A stretch of DNA of 64,000 nt from Oikopleura dioica (taxonomy: Eukaryota > Animalia > Chordata), in contig OU015567.1 of NCBI GenBank assembly GCA_907165135.1, positions 8,804,001-8,868,000 on the forward strand, given 5' to 3'. Each line of letters opens with the position of its first letter. Positions within the stretch are counted from its first letter, which is position 1. The notes under the pieces were generated by a model that was not told where the DNA came from, did not search any database, and was given only the letters and a program-made list of their open reading frames with translations. Below, piece by piece: positions 35,379 through 44,625 of this stretch. Both the position numbers and the translations under genes were made by a program.

Positions 35379-38300
35379 TTATTTTGGGGGTTTGCGGTTT
35401 CTTGATGATCTTCTAAGTTGAAAGGGGGCGAGATTCTTGAGTAGTTCTTGTGTCTTCTTGTCCTCTCCTCTTTGAATTCTTGATCGGCTTCTCGTTTTCA
35501 TCGGACCTGGTGACATAGACCGTCTCGCAATCCTCACAGGTGAGGTTGACTGTGCCCTGGGAGGCGGAGAGCAATCCTTCACAGGTGAAGTTGGAGGAGT
35601 ATGGAACTCATCGGTTGTCAGGTCGAGATTTGGAGTCTCGGGCTCAGTGGGAGCCTTTTCCGCGGTTGTGCTGTCGAGAGAGTCCCCTGGACTAGGGTCA
35701 CGCATCTCGACTCTTTCAGGTTCGTTGAGCTGTATTTTTGGCGGCTCGTGATGGTATTGCGTTGCTCTGAGAGGGATTCTGAAGTCCGGGAACCACGGTA
35801 GCGGGCCTAAAGCCGGTTTTCGTTCTTCGACTTTCTGGACTTGTGTTCGGTGGACCCAATCTTCGGCGCCTTCAACGTCTTTGATACGGACGACGGAGCC
35901 GTTACTGGCAGTAACTTCGAACGGACCGAGCCATGTGACTTTGGTCCTTTTGGCGGTAGCAGAGTTGGGTCGATGAAGGAGAACAGAATCGCCTTCGACA
36001 ATTTCAGGAGCCGGAACCTTCGGCTGCGTTTGTTTTCGTAACGCGGCATCTGCTTCTGCTTGAAACTTCATGATTTTCTCGTGAAGCGTTCTTTTCGCTT
36101 CGTATCGTCTCTTCGTATATTCGTCGACCGTCAGATCTTCTGTTTGCGTGACTAAATCGTATTCACACAATCGCGGTTTTTCCAAGTATACGACCTCGAA
36201 AGGTGAGATCTTGGTGGAGCAGTTCGGAAGTCGGTTGATGGTAGAGACGACGTGCTGGAGACAATCAGTCCACTCAGCTTGAGTTTCGTGGACCATCACA
36301 AAGAGTGCGTCTTTTATGGTTCGATGTTGAACCTCGAGGAGGCCAGTACTTTGTGGTCTGTAACTCGTGTGATATCGCCAGGTGATGTTATGTAGCTTGG
36401 CGAATTGTTGATTCATCTCCGCGACAAAATGTCTTCCTCTGTCGCTAGAAATTGATACTACCCGCGGAAATCGATGGAGCACGTGGTCTCTGATGCCTTT
36501 AACTGCGTCGACTGCGCGGTGGTTTCTGCATGGTACTGCGATCAAAAATCGCGAGTATGTGTCGATGACAGTGAGGATGTATTTGAAACCAAGTTTGGTG
36601 ACCGGCATGTCGACGAAATCGCATAGAATGTGTTCGAAGATGCGCGTTCCTTTCGGAATGCTTTGCGGTTCAGGTTGTCGAGATTGACCTCGTCCACCTT
36701 TTCGATGCTGGCAGTTGATGCAACTCCTGCTGAAGTTGACTATATCGTCGGCTTTCTCGGGCCAAGTTAGATGGATCATCGCACTTTTCATGCGCGCGGC
36801 GCCCATGTGGTTGTTGTCGTTATGATATCGACTGAGTACATCAGGGCGGAGGGCTCTGGGAACGTAGATTTTACCGTCGACGAGAAGTGCGCCAGTTTCT
36901 TCGCACCTGGTGAGTTTATTTCGGTGGCGGCGGAGCCAGCTTACTTCATCGTCTTCCTTAGCGACGGACAACTGCGGGAACTCGAAGTTGTGTTCAACTG
37001 ATTCCAAAATCTTCTTGATGTTTTCATCAGCATATTGCTCGCTGCTGATTCTGGTTTTAACGCTGTCGTCCATGATCGGTTCGTTTTTGCTCACCAGAGC
37101 GACGATTGATTCCGGGCAAGTTAGATCATCGCCGTTGAGTTTGATCTTGTCGACACTTTCTGTGTCGGCCCAGGACGGGATGTAGACTTCGAATTTGCCG
37201 ATATTCACGAATCTACCGGCCGGTTCTGACGGGATATCCTTCGATGTGCGGCTCACCGGTTGTTCAGGATTTCTGCTGAGGAAGTCTGCGATGGAATTGT
37301 CTTTTCCGGGGAGGTAAGTAACTATGAAGTTGAACTGGGAGACGGTGTTTAGCCATCGCGCTAATTTATCATTCCGCGGTAGTTTGCAGTCCAAAAAGGT
37401 AAGTGCTCGGTGATCGACTCGAACAACGAATTTTCGGCCGCGGAGGAATACTTTCGCATCCATAATCGCCCATACAACTGCTAAACTTTCTCGTTCAGTA
37501 GCTGAGTATCGTGTCTGAGCGTCGTTGAGCGTTTTTGAATTAACGCGGATGATTCTCCATTTCTGTCCCTCTACACATTGGGTCAGGCAGTAACCCATTG
37601 CGTATTTTGAAGCATCCGTGGTAAGTGTAAATGGAAGCGACCAGTCTGGGTGGTAAATCATCATCGGGGAGCAGAGTCGTTCCTTGATGATTTCGAGGGC
37701 TTTGTCGGCTTCGCGAGTCCAGGTAAGCTTCTTTCCGGGTTTATTCGTTTTCAGCAGATTGGAAATGGGTTTGATGATGGCAGAGAATGACATCTTTGCT
37801 ACATTTTGATCTTCGCGTGCCGCGGCGTATTGTCTAAGCCAGTTCATGGCGCCCAAGAGGCTTTGGAGCCCTTTGTACGTTTTAGGAGGGGCCATTTTCC
37901 TGAATGCGTTTGCGTTTCCAGGATCAGCAATCGATCCAAGCGGGGTGATCATCCGGCCGAGCCACTTGACGCGGTCGTAGAGAGCGTGAACTTTGTTTCC
38001 AGCGACAACCCAGCCGAATTTGTTGAGACAGCCAAATATTTCGTCCACGGTTTGGTAGAAGACGTCGAAATTTTCGGCAAAGATGAGGATATCATCTATG
38101 TAGCATATGAAGTTTTCCTTGTGAGTGACGCTTTCGAGAGAGTGGGCCAGGGCACGACTGAAAATCGAGCCACTGGTCTTAAGACCGAACGGTAAGCGCG
38201 TAAACATCAGGTTTTGCGACTTCCACATGATGGAAAGCTTGTGTTGGTCGCATTCTTCGACGGGCACGTTCCAGTATCCAGCTCTAACGTCGAGCGTGAG

Positions 38301-39317
38301 GAGGTACTTCTGATAGGGCGGGATGATCGACTCTGTTCCGAGGTCTGGCACGCAGAAGGAGTCTTCTTCGCACAAGATCTTGTTGAGGGTTGCCTTGAAA
38401 TTCATGACGAGTCTAGTAGATCCGTCGGGCTTCGCAACAGGGAGGATCGGGGTGTTAAATCCCTTATTGTTTTTGCATTTTGCGAGGACGGTGATTTTCT
38501 TTAGCCGTTCCACCTCGTTGTCCATCGGTTCGTCGTAGGCAGTCGCGGTTTTATACTGGTGTGCACTGGCAGTTCTGCCTTCGATGGTGGGGATTCTGGC
38601 CTTGTATGATGTAAATTGACCGATTGGGCGGTCTTCCATCGCAAAAACTCTTTTATGTTTCTCCATAAGTCCGCCAATTTTGACGGCTTCTGGGGCATTG
38701 TCGTTTGTACAGTTGATATCTGGGCCGAGTCGTGATTTTATTCCTTCGATGTATTTGTAGGGGTCCTCTGAGCTGCTGATCGCGTAGAACTTGTGCTGTT
38801 CCGTTTTCTCGTTAAAGGCGTCTCGGGAGGGCGCACCAATGTACGGCACGCGGGCCCATCCGGCTTTGTTTTTGAAGAATAATGTACGGTTGACGGTGTT
38901 GTACGCGATTTCTGAGCATCTCAGATTCATTGGATTTCGACCGAAGATCGCATCGAGTTGTATCATATCGTTGTTGACAACGTAGAACTTGACTCGAGGC
39001 CACAGAGTGTTTTTTCCTACTTTGATGTCGCAGGTGACTTCACCGAGGCATTGCTTATTATTGGAGCCGACGCCAGAGATTGTCTGCGTAGTTGGTTTGA
39101 CGTCAAGTTGAAAGTGTTGTACGACAGATTCTCGTAGCAGGCTTCCGAAAGAGCCAGGGTCGAATAGTGAGTTGATAAATGTATCGGGGTAGGGGCTTTC
39201 TGGGAAGAAAACCGGGATGAATTGAGGGGAGCAGCTGCGCTGGACTCGCCTTGACAGGATAAGGGGACCACTTGCGTTTTCTATACCGGACGGTGGTCCT
39301 TCACCGGTGAAGTTTAG
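35379..39317 (-). CDS. pol: Pol polyprotein (aspartic protease, RT, RNase H, integrase) in the -1 frame relative to gag
   Basis: Frame open from 39317: protease NSLFDPGSFGSLL; RT LDVRAGYWNV, LPFGL, YIDDIL; RNase H TTDASKYAMG, YSATERESLAVVWA; IN HNDNNH...CINC, CDFVD, SSDRGRHF, GLLEVQH, WLGPFEV. Confidence 0.97.
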   Translation of the reverse strand, partial: LNFTGEGPPSGIENASGPLILSRRVQRSCSPQFIPVFFPESPYPDTFINSLFDPGSFGSLLRESVVQHFQLDVKPTTQTISGVGSNNKQCLGEVTCDIKVGKNTLWPRVKFYVVNNDMIQLDAIFGRNPMNLRCSEIAYNTVNRTLFFKNKAGWARVPYIGAPSRDAFNEKTEQHKFYAISSSEDPYKYIEGIKSRLGPDINCTNDNAPEAVKIGGLMEKHKRVFAMEDRPIGQFTSYKARIPTIEGRTASAHQYKTATAYDEPMDNEVERLKKITVLAKCKNNKGFNTPILPVAKPDGSTRLVMNFKATLNKILCEEDSFCVPDLGTESIIPPYQKYLLTLDVRAGYWNVPVEECDQHKLSIMWKSQNLMFTRLPFGLKTSGSIFSRALAHSLESVTHKENFICYIDDILIFAENFDVFYQTVDEIFGCLNKFGWVVAGNKVHALYDRVKWLGRMITPLGSIADPGNANAFRKMAPPKTYKGLQSLLGAMNWLRQYAAAREDQNVAKMSFSAIIKPISNLLKTNKPGKKLTWTREADKALEIIKERLCSPMMIYHPDWSLPFTLTTDASKYAMGYCLTQCVEGQKWRIIRVNSKTLNDAQTRYSATERESLAVVWAIMDAKVFLRGRKFVVRVDHRALTFLDCKLPRNDKLARWLNTVSQFNFIVTYLPGKDNSIADFLSRNPEQPVSRTSKDIPSEPAGRFVNIGKFEVYIPSWADTESVDKIKLNGDDLTCPESIVALVSKNEPIMDDSVKTRISSEQYADENIKKILESVEHNFEFPQLSVAKEDDEVSWLRRHRNKLTRCEETGALLVDGKIYVPRALRPDVLSRYHNDNNHMGAARMKSAMIHLTWPEKADDIVNFSRSCINCQHRKGGRGQSRQPEPQSIPKGTRIFEHILCDFVDMPVTKLGFKYILTVIDTYSRFLIAVPCRNHRAVDAVKGIRDHVLHRFPRVVSISSDRGRHFVAEMNQQFAKLHNITWRYHTSYRPQSTGLLEVQHRTIKDALFVMVHETQAEWTDCLQHVVSTINRLPNCSTKISPFEVVYLEKPRLCEYDLVTQTEDLTVDEYTKRRYEAKRTLHEKIMKFQAEADAALRKQTQPKVPAPEIVEGDSVLLHRPNSATAKRTKVTWLGPFEVTASNGSVVRIKDVEGAEDWVHRTQVQKVEERKPALGPLPWFPDFRIPLRATQYHHEPPKIQLNEPERVEMRDPSPGDSLDSTTAEKAPTEPETPNLDLTTDEFHTPPTSPVKDCSPPPRAQSTSPVRIARRSMSPGPMKTRSRSRIQRGEDKKTQELLKNLAPFQLRRSSRNRKPPK

Positions 39318-39323
39318 TTTTTT
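39265..39323 (-). promoter_or_regulatory. -1 programmed ribosomal frameshift signal (A AAA AAC slippery site plus candidate H-type pseudoknot)
   Basis: Heptamer 39323-39317 directly before the gag UAA; 8-nt spacer; stem 1 ACCGG/CCGGU; stem 2 GGACCAC/GUGGUCC. Confidence 0.8.
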
Positions 39324-40273
39324 GACGTAGCATCGGAGTACGCAGAAGCCTCGGATGCGTCAGAGAAGTATTCATCTTCTACTTGAGTAGGGTCTCGGAG
39401 CTGGTAGCTTCCGTCCTCTTCGTCGGAGGGAATTTCTTGGTTGCAGCTTGAGTAGTGGGCGCCATACTGCTGCTGGGATTTCGATGGCTTGGAGCCGACG
39501 TGGCTTCTGCGGCTGCCATTTGATTTTTTGTCTTTATCGCCACGCTTTTTGGAATTGTTGGCGTTTTTGTCGTCTTTGTCGCCCTTATCTGCGTTTTTGT
39601 TCTTCTTTCTGCGGTCGCTGCTGCCGGGACGGCTGTTTCGAGGACTATCTCGAGGACTACCGCGGTGAGCTGCATTGAATCCGCTGTTGGAATGAACTTG
39701 CTGTCGAATTTGCTCAGCACGTGTCGCCAACTGGGCAGGGGAGGTAATTGAGGTGAGTTCGATTGAGATCGCTCTGAAGAGGGACTCGTCTTGTGTGCGC
39801 ACTTCAGTCAGGATCTTCAGGAAATTTATTAATTCTAGGCAATCATCGTAAGAAGGAGCGAAAACCTTTTGCTCCTCGCTACCATTTCGTGAAAGTGAAG
39901 CTCGACGCCTCAACCACTCCTTATGAATAGTAGCGATAGAGGTGAGCGATGCTTCAAGCTCAGATTGGTATTGAGGGAAGCTGGTTTTGTAGCTCTTTCT
40001 CTTGGAGAAAAATTCTTCTAATCGTTGGAAGATGTTGGAATGGCTTCCATATGTCGCGGTTATTGCTTGTTTTAACTCGTCGCTAGTCGTGATGGTTTTA
40101 CCAGCGAGTGTTCGGATGATGGAAGCGGGCAAGCACGGTTGCACGGCATTCCAAATTTCCATGAAGGAGATTGAAGGGCAAGCTCGGCTAATAGCCTTGA
40201 TTTTGGTGAGGAGATTGCTGCAGTCCTCATCAGAGCGTCCGCTGAACTTCAAGCTTGTAATGTAGCTTGTCAT
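39314..40273 (-). CDS. gag: Gag-like protein (319 aa), no CCHC zinc knuckle
   Basis: Position before pol; LKFSGRSDEDCSNLLTKI resembles the start of a gypsy capsid domain; basic low-complexity C-terminal third. Confidence 0.8.
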   Translation of the reverse strand: MTSYITSLKFSGRSDEDCSNLLTKIKAISRACPSISFMEIWNAVQPCLPASIIRTLAGKTITTSDELKQAITATYGSHSNIFQRLEEFFSKRKSYKTSFPQYQSELEASLTSIATIHKEWLRRRASLSRNGSEEQKVFAPSYDDCLELINFLKILTEVRTQDESLFRAISIELTSITSPAQLATRAEQIRQQVHSNSGFNAAHRGSPRDSPRNSRPGSSDRRKKNKNADKGDKDDKNANNSKKRGDKDKKSNGSRRSHVGSKPSKSQQQYGAHYSSCNQEIPSDEEDGSYQLRDPTQVEDEYFSDASEASAYSDATSKN

Positions 40274-40599
40274 GAGGAGGCCTCCCGAAATGCGTTTTCG
40301 TTGGACATGGGAGCGTGGACAATTTCGGGCTTGACGTCCGCGGTGGGGTTAGCCAGGTTATATTCGATCACTGCATCTTCGGCAGCTTTCAGATCGTTTT
40401 TGAGCGCTTGATAGTGCGCGTGTTGCGGATCGGATTCTTCGGGTGCGACGGTGAAGCGCTGAATCTGCGTCCGGAGAAGTTTGACTTCGCACAATTTCAT
40501 TCGAAATTCTTCTGCGGTTGTAGTAGTAGTAGACATCGTAGAAGTAGACAGCAGAGAGGGTACCAGAGGTGTCGACTTTGACTCTGTGTACGGGCTCAT
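40270..40599 (-). CDS. Retrotransposon ORF0 (109 aa) upstream of gag; its stop overlaps the gag start (ATGA)
   Basis: ORF track 40270-40599; Ser/Thr-rich start then two predicted amphipathic helices; TGA at 40272-40270, gag ATG at 40273-40271. Confidence 0.6.
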   Translation of the reverse strand: MSPYTESKSTPLVPSLLSTSTMSTTTTTAEEFRMKLCEVKLLRTQIQRFTVAPEESDPQHAHYQALKNDLKAAEDAVIEYNLANPTADVKPEIVHAPMSNENAFREASS

Positions 40600-41388
40600 T
40601 TTTATCTATTCTAGTAGAAGCTTTTCACGTGAGTCTCCATTGGTCCGAAAAATTTTCGTCCCCCAGAACGTATTAATATTTTGTCCCCCAGCGGGTAAAT
40701 CCGTTTAAAATTGGGCATATCTAGGTATAATCGGGCAACTGTAACGTAGAATAGCTTTCACTGCCTTCAGCAGGAATATTTTTATTCCGAATCCGCGGAA
40801 AATAGGCGTGTTTGCGTGTACCGAGGGCTTATGTCAATGTTTACTAGAAAAGAATTGTTAAATTTAGATTTATTGAGAAAAATCCCTTTCCTCAAATTAA
40901 TTTTGAAAAATTTCGAAAAATTTAAGCTCGTGTCGATTATTCGCGGTTATTTCGCCTTTTCGGCTTGATTCTGGGCTGTTAAGCATGAAAATAGGCATTT
41001 CTAGCTTAGTTGGGGATTACCGGGTCGTGATTGGCTAATTTGGAAATACTGGTCGCTGATTGGACGAGAGGGAAATTCACGTGCGGCTAGGGGTCCTAAT
41101 CGCCTGAGTATTTCGCCAGTGTTCGCTAACCGCATAACACTACTAGCTAGCTCGCACGTGGGGGCAGTGTCTTTCAGGCGTTCTGATTGGTTGGACTGGG
41201 GCCGCGGGTGTAATTTCATTTTTTGGAAAAAAAATTTCGTTCTGGATGGACTTACCTTTGGAGAGCTCACGTGGTGCGTTTCCTATGGGCTGAACTTCCG
41301 GTACTAGGTTACTGTGAGTTAAGAGTAGATTAAGGGTAGGGTCAGTCGAGGAAACTTCCAAATCCGGAGATTTGAAAATGACCAGGTA

Positions 41389-41398
41389 TCTGACACCA
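41389..41398 (-). promoter_or_regulatory. Primer-binding site, tRNA-Leu-like
   Basis: Minus-strand TGGTGTCAGA, 2 nt after the 5' LTR; complementary to the 3' end ...UCUGACACCA of eukaryotic tRNA-Leu(CAA)-type tRNAs. Confidence 0.75.
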
Positions 41399-41400
41399 TT

Positions 41401-41836
41401 TGTTAGTGTCCGCATAACCGGGGAGCTAGAATATTGTGCCGTTACCGGGTAGAGCTACTCGCCCTTTGCCGAGGAATATAAAACTAGCATCACTAACATT
41501 AATGACCGTCCCTAAAACCGGTCTCTTTTTACTCAATAATAACATAGTAGGGTTCTAGCCCGAGTCTCTATTTTATTATGCACAGCTTCTGTAGTAGGTC
41601 TCTAAGTGCAGTGGCATTTCGCCGATAAAAATGCAGGGAGCTCCGCTTCTTGCGAAGGTGCGTGGATGAGTGAAGAAATCGGCGTCGCTGGCAGTGGGTA
41701 TCTTGAGAGCGTAGGCGGGCGGGGGCCAATCCGCGGTCAAGGAAGATTCACGCGGCAGGCTCGGTGTGAGAGAGTCGGAGGACTCGGAAATGATAGGTGG
41801 AGGACTTTCACACAGGTGGAAATCCGGACACTAATA
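41401..41836 (-). repeat. 5' LTR (436 bp)
   Basis: Direct repeat of 33571-34006 with no differences seen. Confidence 0.97.
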
Positions 41837-42009
41837 GTAGAGAAATTATTGGCAAATTGTTATTCAAAATCGCCGTTGATTCGGGCCTAGATATCCGATA
41901 TAACAATATTAGTTACGCACTAAATCTTGAAAACATCTTTTGAAATCTTATCTTTTAGACTATTATTTCTAGCAAAATGAATTTGTCGATTTTCGGACGA
42001 TTTCTAATC

Positions 42010-42560
42010 CATTTGGTTTGAGGAACTCTGAATAGAGTGACGCCAAGGCCGGAAGCGATCTGGATACGTGAGATCCCCTTCCTTGTCAAGATCTGTTTCC
42101 GGAGTGAGCATCATAAAGTCCTTTACTAAAATGGAGATTGAGAAGAGAGAGATCACGTAAAAGGCCAGTGGTTCAAGTTTCAGGTTAGAAAAACTCTTTT
42201 ACCCGGAAAGATACACAGTAAATGCTTCCTTTGAGCATCGTCGAACTAGTCAGAAGTACCAAAGAGTGTATTTTACGAGATTTTTACATTATTTGTCGAT
42301 TTAATAACTTCCCGCTCAGCTGAAAGACCAACATTTAATAGCCCACCCAAGCTTGTTGATGGTTGAAATTTGATTGAGAGAATGCTCTGATTCAGAGTTC
42401 TTTGAATACGATTTTAATCGGTAAATTTTACCGGTTTTGTTTATCAATCATTTTAGGGCGGTTGAAAGGGGTTGCCGTGATTGTATTTCGAATGATGTGA
42501 CCCGTATCGGCCGAGACTCGGAAGTTGGGGTCAGTTATTTGGTCGATTATAAGAGGGCGT
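42010..42560 (-). pseudogene. Possible spliced coding remnant or unknown gene fragment
   Basis: Three short GT-AG introns join phase-compatible exons (ITDPNFRVSADTGH...QNR|TLNQSIL...STNN|FDDAQRKHLLCIFP|VKDFMML...), but there is no start codon and stops lie upstream. Confidence 0.3.
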
Positions 42561-44625
42561 AGTCAGCAGCTCGTTTAGGTTCGTTGATTTAGAGATTTGA
42601 GGTAGTAAGCCAGTGCGAAGTGATGAAAAACCCTGCGGGTTGTCTAACTACTCATACTCAGCAAACCCGTACTACAGACAACGTCAAATATCGAGAAATA
42701 CAGATTTTAATTCAATCAAGAGATTCTTTCATCCAGAAGCCCCGCGAAGCTAAGACGGTAATTTCATTTACTCTGGTGAAAGAAAAGAGGCACTTTTGTC
42801 AAAAAAAGTTCAAGAAGAATGTCATAGCTTAGCCCCTTCATTTTTTGACAAGGAAATACGTAGGGGTTTGAACGCAAGGTGCAAAACACCGGCTTGTCTT
42901 GGCATTTACTATGGTATCCTCGCCATAAATACTAATTGTCGGTTTTATTTTTATTGCAGCTCCTCAGATTTTGTAGCGGCCGGTTCAGCTTAAACTCAAC
43001 TTCAAAAGTTGAGAGAAGAGACTTGATGATTTGCAACTAAACATAGACGGTTAGAATTCCAACATTCCAAACATTCTTAATTTTTTTATTTTTTCGACCT
43101 CAAATATCTTAAAACTCGGCATGGTCCTTAGAAGGCTCTTTCAGACAATGCCCTTATGAGTCAGTTTTGGTACCATAAAAATATTCGCGTAGCGCTTCTT
43201 GCACCGCTCTATTACAAATATTGAGCCCCAAGGAATTTCTTTGCAAATTGCAATAGAAATATTTTTCGGCAAAATAACTTACTGAGCGATAATTCCTTCA
43301 AAAAAGAGACTTTCGCTACTCCCTTGAGCCTTTTTTCTGATGGACACATAGCTTGATATACGAGGCTACCTACCACAGAGTCCTTCAAAAGAGAACGAAA
43401 GAGAGAGGTACATTTTACCACCAGCTATTTGATAGAAAGCCATCTTTTTAATTTTAGGTAGGATTAAGGATGTCATAAGTGATTAATTATTCTTGAAAGA
43501 TCAATAAAAAATTCTGCATTTTATTTCCGTTATTGGCATTTTGTCACAAGCGAAATGTTTTACTGACCATTATCTATGATTTTATAATGTCTTAAACTTG
43601 TGACGTCGATTTGCAATTGCAGGAATTTATAGATGTCTTCCACAGATCCTTGCATCGACAGTCCGAGACGATAGGAATGTCTTATTTTTGTCAACCATAT
43701 GATCGAGTTGATAGGAGAAACTGAGAAGAGAGTTCGTATTTTGATGATTAAAGCGATTTACAGCTCAATATTAATATATTCACTAGGGTATATAAGTACG
43801 TTTTCAATAGCGATTTGTTTATGTATAAAGTATCTTAATACTTTTGAAATAAACTATGACAAAATGCATTTTATTATTATCAAGATTTTCAGAATCCTAA
43901 ATTTTCCCACACATGTACCATGGTAGTAGAATCATATTCTATAATGGGCTGCAAGAAAATAAGTAAATCTCATAAATTCTCGATAAACAGAAAAACTTGG
44001 ATTTGAAGTACCCTTCAGTAGTGCAAATCTTCCTCGTGGGTGCTCCCCTTGGCAAAGTTTTCAAGTATTTGCCGTGTCACCTGTCGCCACATTTTTTCAG
44101 CGTTATTATTTGCATTTTCATTTCATCTCATCATCAATTCAATTTTTATTTTTTTTCCTTTCCGATGCTTCTAGATTGACCTGCCTTGCATTTGGTAGAG
44201 AACAGAGGTTATTGAAAATGCAAACAGTTACTGCATTGTAAATTATTATCCGCGATAGTATCCCAAGGGGCCCTCTACGGAGAGGATTACGGCTTTGCTG
44301 ACATTGCTCGAGCGCCGTTTTCGGGTTTTTGAAAAGACTTAGACCAGATCTTAAAATTATTTTTTGTTGAAAAAGGTAGAGACATTAATGAAATGGTTTT
44401 TCCCCAATGACGTGTATTTGATGTCCTGTCTTTTTCTGGACCTTATCGTAGACAATTCACTCACTTTTCCCTCTTTCAAGACGTATATCAGCCCGATAGT
44501 TGGCGTAATTGCAACAAATAAAGTGTAGCTCCATATTTAACCAATTTGGTTTTATTTTTAATAGATCCATTTCAGGAAACGCTACAAAAAATCGACAAAA
44601 GCGCCCAAAATTTTAATAAAAGAAG

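Larger units (their letters stand above)
33571..41836 (-). mobile_element. Full-length Ty3/gypsy LTR retrotransposon (probably a Tor-type element if the host is Oikopleura)
   Basis: Two 436-bp LTRs, 4-bp TSD GTAG (33567-33570, 41837-41840), PBS, PPT, gag, and pol in PR-RT-RH-IN order. Confidence 0.97.
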
